From Phyllobates terribilis (taxonomy: Eukaryota): a DNA stretch of 64,000 bases. Shown in pieces: positions 48,454 through 60,470 of the stretch (the first letter of the stretch is position 1; every line of letters starts with the position of its first letter). A program made the position numbers and the translations under genes. The stretch lies in contig NW_027362763.1 of assembly GCF_046119375.1 (NCBI RefSeq), positions 694,710,001 through 694,774,000 on the forward strand, written 5' to 3'. The notes beneath the pieces were generated by a model. That model was not told the origin of the DNA and did no database searches. It worked only from the letters and a program-made list of their open reading frames with translations.

Positions 48454-48608
48454 GTAAACTCACTGATATCGGCGGCAACTCATATGAATACCACAAGGAT
48501 GTGAAACACATGAACTCAGCCGGGGTTCTGGCAACTCTGCGCAATTTCAACTACTACTCCTCCCGGGTACCGGAATCTGTAAAACAAGCGCTGGTGCCAA
48601 AAATGTGA
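48454..48608 (+). CDS. BPNT1: BPNT1 last coding exon
   Basis: [29 protein letters not shown]...ALVPKM-TGA. Confidence 0.96.
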
Positions 48609-48695
48609 AGCGCGTTGTGTCCTCGCTGGACGTAGAGGCATCTCCGCTGATCACGATAAAGGATATATCCTAGGATACTGGTCTTCACCTGTGGC

Positions 48696-48780
48696 TTTCC
48701 AGTTGTAAAACTACAACTCCCAGCATGCAATGATATTTGGATGCTGGGTCAGGAGTTGTAGTTTCACACCCATTGGAAAG
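48696..48780. repeat. Short palindromic MITE-like hairpin in the BPNT1 3' UTR
   Basis: AAACTACAACTCCCAGCAT ... ATGCTGGG(TCA)GGAGTTGTAGTTT. Confidence 0.7.
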
Positions 48781-48936
48781 TCTCAGGTCTCAGAAGACCG
48801 CTCCCTGGTACAGTCAAAGACTCTGATGCCAAGAATGAATCACTTAATAATTGTTTTCACACAAACCCATCACACATATCAGGGATTACATTTTTGTACA
48901 CCGTTTTATGTGACTTTTTTTTCCAAAGGACCAATC

Positions 48937-48942
48937 AATAAA
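48937..48942 (+). terminator. Polyadenylation signal AATAAA of BPNT1
   Basis: First AATAAA about 330 nt after the stop, followed by T-rich sequence. Confidence 0.6.
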
Positions 48943-49716
48943 AATTAAATTCATTACTTACTATTTTTTTTTTCTACGTAATATTAAAGGTGTTGTCTAG
49001 TGAAAGGACCAATCGGTCGTTACAAACGCTCTTGTTGGTTTACAGATTTATGTTAAATGTAACAGACTGGATGATAACAGAGAGTAACAGCACAGACAGG
49101 TTAGGCCTGTGATGTATAATGGGTGGCTCTGCAGCTGTTGTAAAATGTTCACTTCCGGCATATGGCCGACATTGCATCTGAGCCCTGGTGGCTTAAGAGC
49201 CCAAATGCCGCTCAACCACAGAAGACCCCTGCTTGTCCAGGGTCATCCGTGTCCTGAACTCCCTGCCACTTCCTAATCTTCAATAGGAACGGCTCCATCA
49301 TTCTTACCACCCCCACCCCTCCCTCCCCAATTTCCCATGATGCCTCTGGTTTTGGACATGGGGAAGATGCTCCTCTTATCGCTCTTGCTCTTATCATTTG
49401 GCAACCAATGATAGATCATGGACATAGAGCTGCTGTTTCCTGATGTATATTGTAAAGTCTCAGTGTATCCTTCTGTGATGAAGCTTCAGTCTCTCCCCTG
49501 CCTCCTGCTGGTGATAGTTTTCTCCCAGTCAGCTGTGTGATTCTATATGTCATAGAAATACAGAGGAGATTCTGCAGGCAGCGGGATACAGGGGAGGTTT
49601 ATATCTACAGCTAGTCATTTTTATGGACTCACCAAGCAGAAAAGATATGCTCAATTGCATGGTAGACATGAAGAATGACAAGGAGAATAGACCTGGGTGA
49701 GGTGGTACCTGAGGGT

Positions 49717-51280
49717 TTCTAAAAAGTTCATTTTTTTTTTCTCATTAAAGTACACTCTGCACCCCATCTTGACTGAAAAAAAAAAACAGAAATGTAGAAA
49801 TTTTTGCAAATGTATTAAAGAAAAACAGAAATATCACATGGTCATAAGTATTCAGACCCTTTGCTCAGACACTCATATTTAGGTCACATCCTGTCCATTT
49901 CCTTGTGATCCTCCTTGAGATGGTTCTACTCCTTCATTGGAGTCCAGCTGTGTTTAATTAAACTGATAGGACTTGATTTGGAAAGGCACACACCTGTCTA
50001 TATAAGACCTCATAGCTCACAGTGCATGTCAGACCAAATGAGTATCATGAGCTCAAAGGAACTGCCCAAGGAGCTCAGAGACAGAATTGTGGCAAGGCAC
50101 AAATCTGGCCAAGGTTACAAAGGAATTTCTGCATTACTCAAGGTTCCTAAGAGCACAGTGGCCTCCATAATCCTTAAATCGAAGTTTGGGACCATCAGAA
50201 GTCTTCCTAGACCTAGCCGTCCAGCCAAACTGAGCAATCGTGGGAGAAGAGCCTTGGTGAGAGAGGTAAAGAAGAACCCCAAGATCACTGTGGCTGAGCT
50301 CCAGAGATGCAGTAGGGAGATGGGAGAAAGTTCCACAAAGTCGACTATCACTGCAGCCCTCCACCAGTCGGGCCTTTATGGCAGAGTGGCCCGACGGAAG
50401 CCTCTCCTCAGTGCAAGACATATGAAAGCCTGCATAGATTTTGCTCAAAAACACATGAAGGACTCCTAGACTATGAGAAATGAGATTCTCTGGTCTGATG
50501 AGTCGAGATACAGCTTAGAATTATCACCAAAAAGTTCTATGTGTGGAGAAAACCAGGCACTGCTCATCACCTGCCCAATACAATCCCAACAGTGAAACAT
50601 GGTGGAGGCAGCATCATGCTATGGGGGTGTTTTTCAGCTGCAGGGACAGGACAACTGGTTGCAATTGATGGAATCATGAATGCGGCCAAGTACAAAGATA
50701 TCCTGGATGAAAACCCATTCCAGAATGCTCTGGACCTCAGACTTGGCCGAAGGTTCACCTTCCAACAAGACAATGACCCTAAGCACACAGCTAAAATAAC
50801 AAAAAAGTGGCTTCAGAACAACACTGTGACCATTCTTGACTGGCCCAGCCAGAGCCCTGACCTAAGCCCAATTGAGCATCTCTGGAGAGACCTGAAAATG
50901 GCTGTCCACCAACGTTCCCCATCCAACCTGACTGAACTTTAGAGGATCTGCAAGGAAGAATGGCAGAGGATCCCCAAATCCAGGTGTGAAAAACTTGTTG
51001 CATCATTCCCAAGAAGATTCATGGCTGTACTAGCTCAAAAGGTGCTTCTACTCAATACTGAGCAAAGGGTCTGAATACTTATGACCATGTGATATTTCAG
51101 TTTTTCTATTTTAATAAATTTGCAAAAATTTCTACATTTCTGTTTTTTTTCAGTCAAGATAGGGTGCAGAGTGTACTTTAATAAGAGAAAAAAAATTTAC
51201 TTTTTAGAATTTACCAAATGGCTGCAATGAAACAAAGAGTGAAAAATTTAAAGGGATCTGAATACTTTCCGTACCCACTG
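49717..51280 (+). mobile_element. Tc1-like DD34E transposon (third family), degenerate, left TIR truncated
   Basis: Transposase from ATG 50047 with stops and indels; QQDNDPKH...DLSPIE with 34-residue spacing; right end CACTG|TA. Confidence 0.9.
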
Positions 51281-51859
51281 TATCATTAGGGAAATAAGAC
51301 TTCTATAAAAAAATATTTATATATTGAGATGATCTCTCAAAGGTCTTTTATGGGGGACACAATGTGTAAAATGTAAAACATATCAAAATAAAAAAATAAA
51401 AATACTGCTGCCGTCAATCCAAATCACTCTCACGAGCCCCATCCCAGAAACAAACCATTCAACCCCCCCCACCAAAAAAAAAAAAAAAAAATGTAGATAT
51501 ATAAATGTTTTTGCTTCAGAATGGGGAATGACTTTTTAAATGTATCTTAATTGTCATTAAAAAAATTCCTTTATTTTTCCATCAATATTGCCCAATATGA
51601 CAATAAAAAATGTCAAGGACATAAATATGAAACCCCACATATCATTTTTAACCCATAAGATAAATGCTGCAAAGAAAAATGCCAAAAAACAATATGGTCT
51701 GAGCACATTTTTTTTTTTTTTTTTTAACAAAGTTGTGCCTGTGGTCACATGAAAGGTAGTGTGAAATATTAGGCAAGAAAAAAACAAAGAGGACTAGGAC
51801 CTTAGCAACCAATGAAATTGCAGCTTTCATTTTCTAAAGGGAGTCTGAAAAACATAAGC

Positions 51860-52500
51860 TGGAATCTGATTGGTTGCGCAGAGCTTCCAGGCCGCGTATC
51901 ATCCATCTATGTGCGTAATCCCGAGTCAAAGATGGCGGCTGTTACATTATTGCCCACAGGAAAAATGGCGGCGCCGGAAGTGTGGCGCTGCTGTGGGCCG
52001 GCTGAGGGCTGCGCTGAGCATGTGAGCGGCGGAAGCGCCTTCTCTCTTTCTCATTCAGGCGGCGGCTTCGTGGCAGCTCCTGGGCTCAAGATCAGGAGTG
52101 GGAAAGAAAGCATGGCGCTCAGCCTGACCGTGTGCAGCGGCCCGAGTCCTCCGCTGGGTGAGGACAGCAGTCACTTCCCGGTTTTGTATCACCATTATTC
52201 TTCTCAATGTCGTATGGAACTATAAGTCCCAGCGTGCGCTGTCATTATCTCTTTGACGCTGACATTATCTTTTTGACGTGACATGCTGGGACTTGTAGTT
52301 CGGCGGCAGTGGGCGGGGCGTATGATGGCGGCCAGTCTCCACAGCTGTCACCTGTCATAGTATGGAGTGCTGGGACTTGTTCTGCTCCGGGTAGCCGCGG
52401 TCACCTCGCTTCCTGAGATTGATGGGACTTGTAGTTCCTCTAGTAGGAGAAGATGCATGGCTGCTGGGGAACTACAAGTCCCATCATAGAGAAGTATCCT
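51860..52500 (+). promoter_or_regulatory. EPRS1 CpG-island promoter and first-intron motif cluster
   Basis: Reverse CCAAT (51866-51873), TGCGCA, YY1-type AAGATGGCGGC (51929), AAAATGGCGG plus ETS-type CCGGAAGTG (51974), five ACTACAnnTCCC-like motifs in 52219-52484. Confidence 0.75.
52112..52157 (+). CDS. EPRS1: EPRS1 (glutamyl-prolyl-tRNA synthetase) coding exon 1
   Basis: MALSLTVCSGPSPPL; G|gtgagg; within CpG island. Confidence 0.9.
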
Positions 52501-52959
52501 GACACTGTCGCCTCTACATCTATAATAATATTTTTTTCTTTTTATAGCGCCAACATATTCCGCAGCACTTTACAAATTTTAGGGGGGACTTATACAGACA
52601 ATACAGAATAAGCATATTTCATATCGAAAGGAGTTCTACATCTGCTGTAGAACCACAAGACCCAGCATGTGGCGCCTAGATAGGATTTCTGCTTTACTGT
52701 AAGATGGCGCCAGCGTGAGGAGCGGTGCGGACCATGTGGTGCAGTCTGTGCTCGTCCGGGGGCTGGTTCCCTCCGTACAGATCTATATGGTGGTTTGTTA
52801 CCCTCCAAAATCATACTGCTTATGTGCTATAACGTTACATGGCGGGATAGTATGATATGGCGGTGTATCGGACGTTGCAGTGTTATATGGCGGCGTAATG
52901 TGCGATGTAGCGTGGTGCAGCGGTATAGTATTATATTGCTGTACCATGTGGTATTATAT

Positions 52960-53830
52960 CGCGGTGCGATGTAGTGGTATGATATGGCGGTGCAATGTGG
53001 TGGTATATGGCGGTGTGACGTAGTGGTATATGGCGGTGTGATGTGGGATATGGCGGTATGGTATGATATATGGCGGTGCGATGTGGTGGGATATGGCGGT
53101 ATGGTATGATATATGGCGGTGGGATGTGGCGGTATGGTATGATATATGGCGGTGCGATGTGGTGGGATATGGTGGTATGGTATGATATATGGCGGTGCGA
53201 TAAGGTGGGATATGGCGGTATGGTATGATATATGGCGATGCGATGTGGCGGTATTGTATGATATATGGCTGTGCGATGTGGTGGGATATGGCGGTATGGT
53301 ATGCTATATGGCGGTGCGATGTGGTGGGATATGGCGGTATGATATGATATATGGCGGTGCGATGTGGTGGGATATGGTGGTATGGTATGATATATGGCGG
53401 TGCGATGTGGTGGGATATGGCGGTATGGTATGATATATGGCGGTGCGATGTGGTGGCATATGGCGGTATGGTATGATATATGGCGGTGCGATGTGGTGGG
53501 ATATGGCGGTATGGTATGATATATGGCGGTGCGATGTGGTGGCATATGGCGGTATGGTATGATATATGGCGGTACGATGTGGTGGCATATGGCGGTATGG
53601 TATGATATATGGCGGTGCGATGTGGTGGCATATGGCGGTATGGTATGATATATGGCGGTGCGATGTGGTGGGATATGGCGGTATGGTATGATATATGGCG
53701 GTGCGATGTGGTGGCATATGGCGGTATGGTATGATATATGGCGGTACGATGTGGTGGCATATGGCGGTATGGTATGATATATGGTGGTGCGATGTGGTGG
53801 CATATGGCGGTATGGTATGATATGGCGGTG
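52960..53830. repeat. 43-bp G/T-rich minisatellite (about 18-20 units) in EPRS1 intron 1
   Basis: Unit GATATATGGCGGTGCGATGTGGTGGGATATGGCGGTATGGTAT. Confidence 0.93.
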
Positions 53831-54865
53831 TGATGTGCGGTGTATTGTCTGGTTGCACAGAGGCGGTCTCTCCTGGCCCTTCCTTGCAGGGCCCCTGCGA
53901 TGAGCACAGAGGGTTGCAATGAGCCGGTTGCCCTGGTTCCCTCCTTACATGCGGTTGCCTCATGCTGTGTCCTCTCTGCTCCTGACTCTCCTCCTCCTCC
54001 ACACATTTCATTATCCATTTTGTGTATGTAGTTTGTGTTCTTCAGGGTCCAGTGCAGCCTCCTCTAGGGTCCGTCATGGGGTCAGCGCCGGACATTCACA
54101 CTATAGGGGTACGTCAGCAATATCACAGTCCTGCACAACCTCTGTAACCCTCCCGCTAGGCTAGCGGCATTTAAGTTGCACGGTTCACGTCTTATAAGGG
54201 ACTAAAGAAAAAGTAAGAAAAATAGTTTATAAAAATAGTAAATAAAAACCCATAAAAATTCGAATCAACCTTTTTTTTTCCCCAATAAAGATAATTAAAT
54301 AAAATAATAAACATAATTTGGTTTCCCTTTTTTTCTTTTTGCAATCATACCGACCTGGAAAATCAGGACGAAAGCAGGACATTTTTAATCAGATGATGAA
54401 CTCAAAGAATAATGGCGGAATTGCAATTTTTTATTTTTTTATTTTTTTTGCCATTTCACTTTATTGGGAATTTCCCGCATTTTCAGTAAATTACATGGTA
54501 AAATCAATGGTGTCATTTAAAACTGCGTCTCATCCCGCAGAATACAAGCCCTCCTACAGCTATGAAATAAAAAAAAAAAAGTGATGACTCTTAGAAAAAG
54601 GGGCAAAAGTAGAAACTAATGTGAAAATATTAAAATTGACCGCGCTGGAAGAGGTGAAATGATTACAAGTATTTAGTGGAAAATCCCATAGCAGAGTTGT
54701 TAGCGGCCGATTGTCTTGTCCTTCCCGCACCCGGTACTTTGTGCAGATCTCATAGTGTACGATATTGTCTCTTCTGCTTGCACAGGTGCGGTGACCGGCA
54801 GAGGTTCTTGCTGTGTGAGGTCTTCATCCTAGTATATTGTTGGTCTTTGTGTTTTTATGTTTATC

Positions 54866-55024
54866 AGCAGTGACTCTCCCGTCGTGGGGATCTGCGTCCC
54901 GAGCGTTTGTTGGCAGTGACTCTCCCGTCGTGGGGATCTGCGTCCCGAGCGTCTGTCGGCACTGACTCTCCCGTCGTGGGGATCTGCGTCCCGAGCGTCT
55001 GTCGGCACTGACTCCCCCGTCGTA
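54866..55024. repeat. 46-bp tandem repeat, about 3.5 units
   Basis: TGACTCTCCCGTCGTGGGGATCTGCGTCCCGAGCG at 54871, 54917, 54963, 55009. Confidence 0.9.
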
Positions 55025-55704
55025 TTCCCATAACATGTCCTAGTCCTTTACCCTAAGCCTTATCTTATGTAGGAAAACCACCAGAGTAAGTTTAGTTTTA
55101 GAGGATATTTTCTTTTGACCCTCCCCAGCCCCTCAATTTTCCATACCACGGATCTACCCCTTTAAATCTTGACCCCGTCTTTGACCCTTGTGCCCAGCAA
55201 TGTAATATTACATGGAGTCATCTTGACTTTTTCTGCTACAAACATTGATCGGAGATGATTAATGGCCGGGGATAATACATAATGGATTTCTGCTCGCACT
55301 CTTACCATACAGCCAGACTGCAGTTTGGGAGGACACTAAATGGATTCCGGTAAATGACTCGGCTTTATCTTACGATGGGGATTCATTTGCCTGTATCAGT
55401 CCTACTAGGAGGGTCTGCAGCCGAATAAAGAAGTGGTTAATTATTGCAGAGCTTTAAAATTACAAAACAAACCCACTTTACAAATAATTTTAGCTAAAAG
55501 TCATCCAGTAATGTATCTTTGTATAGGGTCCTTAACGCAGGGGTGGGGAACCTTTTTTTCCTGCCAAGGGCTATTCTCTTGGGTGAGGCTGTGATGTTAG
55601 GTGGCATGGATGATGTTGCATTCACAACTGTTTCGGGTTTGGATCAGTCTGGGGCGCAGGCAACTTTTTTCGATGATGTTTTGTAAAGAACTGACTGCAG
55701 TAAG

Positions 55705-56470
55705 CCGTATTTTTCGGACTATAAGATGCGCCGGACTATAAGACGCACCTAGGTTTTAGAGGGGGAAAATAGAAAAAAAAATGTAAGCAAAAAATGTGGT
55801 CATGATACACTGTTAAGGGGGAGGGGGTCTGCTGCTGACATTGTTATAGGGGTAATGTCCCCCATCCTGGTATATATTCCCCCCCCTTCCTATTATGCAT
55901 GGCACCCCTCATCCCCAATCCTGGTATGCATGGCACCCCTCATCCTCATCATACTGCACATAAAAAAATAAACACGTCTACTCACCTTTCTTCCCTGTGC
56001 TCCAACGCTGCGTCCTGCTCTGCTGCCAGCACTGATCTCACCATGTGAGCTGCGTATGATGTCACTGCCATGCGCCCTCACATGGTGAGATGAGCTGCTG
56101 GAATAGTCACTGCTCCCCACGCCGGCACACAGTGTATCCGCAGCGCAGCTCCTTCTGCTGCTGGCCGTTCGCATGTGCCTGCTATTAAAGAGCATGAATA
56201 TTCACCCCTCTCCACTCCCATGGGCGTGGGGAGGGGGTGAATATTCTTGTCCTTTAATAGCGGGTACACACAATTGCCCGGCGGTAGCAGGAGCCGTGCT
56301 GCGGCTACACTGTGTGCTGGCTGTTAAGGAGAATGAATATTAAGTGCTTCCCACGCCCATGGGCTTCGAGAGCAGTGAATATTCATTTTCTTTAGCAGCG
56401 GGCACAGCTAGGCTGCAGCAGGCGGCTCCTGCCTACTGTGCCCTGCTCCGCCGCCGCTACCGCTCCCCCC
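55705..56470. mobile_element. Probable pogo/Tigger-type non-autonomous element (right end not identified)
   Basis: Starts CCGTATTTTTCGGACTATAAGA...ACGCACC, a pogo/Tigger-like TIR. Confidence 0.45.
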
Positions 56471-56534
56471 ACAGTGTAATTATATAGTGACACTGCTCAC
56501 ATAGCATTTATACAACTCAAGCAGTGAGAGTTCT

Positions 56535-56671
56535 GCAGTATATTTGTCACATAGGAGACGCTGAGACTGCAGTATGTTTGTCACATAGGAGACACTGAGA
56601 CTGCAGTATGTTTGTCACATAGGAGACACTGAGACTGCAGTATGTTTGTCACATAGGAGACACTGAGACTG
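56535..56671. repeat. 34-bp minisatellite, left part (4 units)
   Basis: TATGTTTGTCACATAGGAGACACTGAGACTGCAG at 34-nt spacing. Confidence 0.92.
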
Positions 56672-59600
56672 AATCATAGAATGGTAGAGTTGTAGGGGAC
56701 CTTCTGGGTCATCTGGACCAACCTCCTGCTCAAAGCAGGATTCACTAAATCATCTCAGACAGATGTCTGTCCAGCCTCTGTTTGAAGACGTCCATTGAAG
56801 GGGAACTCACCACCTCTCTTTGCCGCCTGTTCCACTCATAGATCACCCTAACTGTCAACATTTTTTTCTAATATCTAATGTGTCTCCTCCCATTCAGTTT
56901 CATCCCATTGCTTCTAGTCTTTCCTTGTGCAAATGAGAATAAAGATGATCCTTCTACAGTGTGACAGCCCTTGAGATATTTGTAGACAGTTATTAAGACT
57001 CCTCTTCTTTTTTGCAAGCTAAACCTTCCCAGATCCTCTAACCGTTCCTCATAGGACATGGTTTGCTGACCGCTCACCATTCTGGTCGCTCTTCTCTGAA
57101 CTTGCTCCAGTTTGTCGATGTCTTTTTTAAAATGTGGTGCCCAAAACTGGACGCAGTATTCCAGATGAGGTCTGACCAAAGAGGAGTAAAGTGCGATAAT
57201 GACTTCACGTGATCTAGACTGTATGCTTCTGTTAATACATCCCAGAATTGTATTTGCCTTTTTTGCTGCTGCATCACACTGTTGACTCATGTTCAGTCTA
57301 TGATCTATTAGTATACCTAAGTCTTTTTCACATGTACTCTTGCTTATCTCTATTCCTCCCATTTTGTATATGCTTTTTTCATTTTTATTGCTCAGATGTA
57401 GTACTTTGCTTTTTTCCCTGTTAAAAACCATTCTGTTAGTTGCTGCCCATTGCTCCAGTTTATTTAGGTCTGTTTGAATCCTCTCTCTCTTCTCTAGTAT
57501 TAGCTATCCCTCCTAGCTTTGTGTCATCAGCAAATTTAATCATTTAATCAGTTTACCCTCAATTCCTTCATCTAAATCATTGATAAAGATGTTGAACAAT
57601 ACAGGTCCCAGGACCGAGCCCTGAGGTCCCCAACTTGAGACATTCATCCAACTGGATGTAAAGCCATTTACGACCACTCTTTGAGTCCAATCACTAAGCC
57701 AGTTATGAATCCACCTAACAGTTGCCTTGTCCTTTCCATACTTGGTAATTTTTTCAATAAGGATGGTGTGAGATATTTTGTCAAATGCTTTGCTGAAGTC
57801 AAGATATACTATATCTACAGCATTTCCCTGATCCACCCAGTCAGTGATTCTGTCATAGAAGGAAATTAAGTTAGTTTGACATGACTTGTTAGTTACCAAC
57901 CCATGCTGACTCTGGTTAATCACTTCATTCTTATCCAGGTACTTACATACATGTTGTTTAATAATTTGTTCAAAGATCTTTCCTGGTATAGAAGTCAGAC
58001 TCACCGGCCTATAGTTCCCTGGGTCCACCTTCTTCCCCTTTTTGAAGATAGGAACAACATTTGCTCTTCTCCAGTCTTCTGGGACTTCTCCTGTTCTCCA
58101 AGAATTTTCAAAGATTATGGAGAGTGGTTCTAAAATTTCTTCTACGATCTCCTTCAGTACTCTGGGGTGTAATTCATCTGGACCTGGAGACTTGAACTCA
58201 TTTATGTTAGCTAAATATTCTCTCACAATCTCTCTGTTTCCAGATAACTTGGATTCTTCTATTCCTTTAATAGGACAGTGAAGATCAGTTGATGTTACAT
58301 TTTCTTTCTGAGAGAAAACAGATGCAAAATAGGAATTAAAAAGTTCGGCCTTCTCAACATCCTTTCTTACCATTTCACCATTTTCATCCTGTAAAAATCC
58401 TATAGCATCTTTGACTTTTCTTTTACTTTTGACATACCCCCAAAATCCTTTTTTATTGCTTTTGACATCTCTTGCAAGCCTTAATTCATTGTCAGCTTTA
58501 TCTAACCTGATACGTGCCCTGCAGGTTCTGCAGACTGCATTATAATCTTCTTTAGATATGCCTCCCTCTTTCCATTTAATAAACATTTCTTTCTTTCTTT
58601 TTAGCATGTGTTTAAGTTCTGTGTTCATCCATCCTGGTTTCCTTAAATGCTTCCCATTCTTCCTACTTTTCGGGATTGTTAACGATTGTGCTTTGAGAAT
58701 CTCATTTTTAAAAATTTCCCATCCTTCCTGGACATTTTTGTCTTTAAGGACATCCAGCCATTGGATCCCTCCTATTCTCTTTCTGAGTCGCGTAAAATCT
58801 GCCTTTCTGAAATCTAACCTTGAAGTTTGAGTCTTCACATGTCTTCCTCCTCTAGTTATCCAAAATTCTATAATAGCATGATCGCTGCCTCCTAGGGTCC
58901 CAGCCACCTTTACCTCCTCAACCATTTCCTCCCTGTTTATAAGGATTAGATCCAAAGTAGCAGATCCCCTTGTTTTCTCCCCTACCTTTTGGAAGATAAA
59001 GTTGTCAGTAAGAGAGGATAAGAATTTGCTTGACCTGTTAGCTTTACTTGAGAGAGATTCCCAACAAATGTCTGGATAGTTGAAATCTCCCATGACCACT
59101 ACGTCATATTTTTTGGAGAACTTGGTCATTTGATACATAAAGAGTTCATCCATATCTTCAGCTTGCCCAGGTGGCCTGTAGTAAATGCCTACAATGGTGT
59201 CCTTTCCGTTGTTCTCTCCTTGTATTCTTACCCCAACAGTTTCCACAGAACTCCCAGTCTCTGAAGCTTCAATCTCTGTGCAGATATACGCTTTTCTAAC
59301 ATACAATTCAACACCTCCTCCTCGTTTATCAAGTCTGTTTCTTGCAAATAAGTTGTAGCCTTTTATTCCAATCATGTGTATCGTCCCACCAAGTTTCAGT
59401 GATTCCAATGACATCATATTCCTTTTCCTGCATTAGTAGTTCCAATTCTCCTTGTTTGTTGCCCATGCTTTGTGCATTTGTATAAAAACATTTTAGTTTG
59501 TGATTGGTTTCTCTTCCTCCCATATTTTTATTATTTAAATTGTTTTGTCTTTGTTCTTCCTTTCCACTTCCAGTAGCAGAGATCTCAATAGTATTTGTCA

Positions 59601-60056
59601 GCTGTATGGCTTTTTCTGGCCTTTTGCTTCCCTTCCCACATTGTTCTAGTTTAAAGCTCTTCTGATGAGTGTAGCAAGGCGACTTCCAAATACATGTTTT
59701 CCAGTCTTCGTAAGGTGCACCCCATCTCTAGCAAGTAGTCCATCGTATAGGTAATTCATTCCGTGATCCAGAAATCCAAATCCTTGTTGACCGCACCATC
59801 GACGTAGCCAGTTGTTCACCTGTAGAATCTTATTCCACCTCATTGTTCCATGGCCATCCACTGGGAGGATGGATGAGAAGACCACCTGCGCTCCCAATTC
59901 TTTCACTTTCTTGCCTAAGTCTTCAAAGTCACTGCAGATGGTTTCCAGGTCCTTTCTTGCGGTGTCATTTGTCCCCACATGTATTAGCAGGAATGGGTAG
60001 TGATCTGTAGGTCTGAAGAGTCTTGATATCCTGTCAGACACATCTTTAATTTTTGC
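56672..60056 (-). mobile_element. CR1 LINE, 5'-truncated, ORF2 frameshifted
   Basis: ORF1 SGNH/esterase remnant (IHVGTND), ORF2 AP endonuclease (ETWW, GDFN, GSDH) and RT (PQGS, FADD), 3' tail ATTCTATGATTC. Confidence 0.96.
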
Positions 60057-60180
60057 TATGTTTGTCACATAGGAGACACTGAGACTGCAGTATGTTTGTC
60101 ACATAGGAGACACTGAGACTGCAGAATGTTTGTCACATAGGAGACGCTGAGACTGCAGTATGTTTGTCACATAGGAGACA
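60057..60180. repeat. 34-bp minisatellite, right part (about 4 units)
   Basis: Same unit resumes directly after the CR1 5' end. Confidence 0.92.
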
Positions 60181-60405
60181 ACCAAGGGTCGGAGGAGATG
60201 ACTTTGCTGGCTGAAAACGGCCCATTTGTCCGTATTGAGGTGGCAGTCCTATAAATCATTGTTGGACCTTTTTTTTTTTTTGTATAGAGAATGTTTATGG
60301 ACAGGTTTTCATTCTCCACAATAGCACTACAAGAAGCATGAACTTGTCCAAAAAGTCCTTTCTTTATCACTCTCCTTGTTTTCACACAAGACTTTGTAAA
60401 GCCTG

Positions 60406-60420
60406 GGTGTGTGTGTGAGT

Positions 60421-60469
<49 letters not shown>
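60406..60469. repeat. (GT)n microsatellite
   Basis: About 30 GT units with two GA interruptions. Confidence 0.95.

Positions 60470-60470
<1 letters not shown>

Larger units (their letters stand above)
30690..48942 (+). other. BPNT1: BPNT1 gene span (3'(2'),5'-bisphosphate nucleotidase 1), complete, 310 aa
   Basis: Eight coding exons (120,105,108,49,92,198,106,155 nt = 933 nt incl. stop) in frame; inositol-monophosphatase-family motifs [21 protein letters not shown]; AATAAA at 48937-48942; 5' boundary approximate. Confidence 0.97.

Noticed and set aside
209-48608. Bacterial origin or contamination (IleRS-like and CysQ-like similarity)
   Set aside because: Both genes are split by canonical spliceosomal introns and are syntenic with EPRS1.
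52931-54018. Long His/Pro/Ile/Tyr-rich ORFs of 235-354 aa
   Set aside because: Translation of a 43-bp minisatellite that is open in several frames; intronic, with no coding signals.
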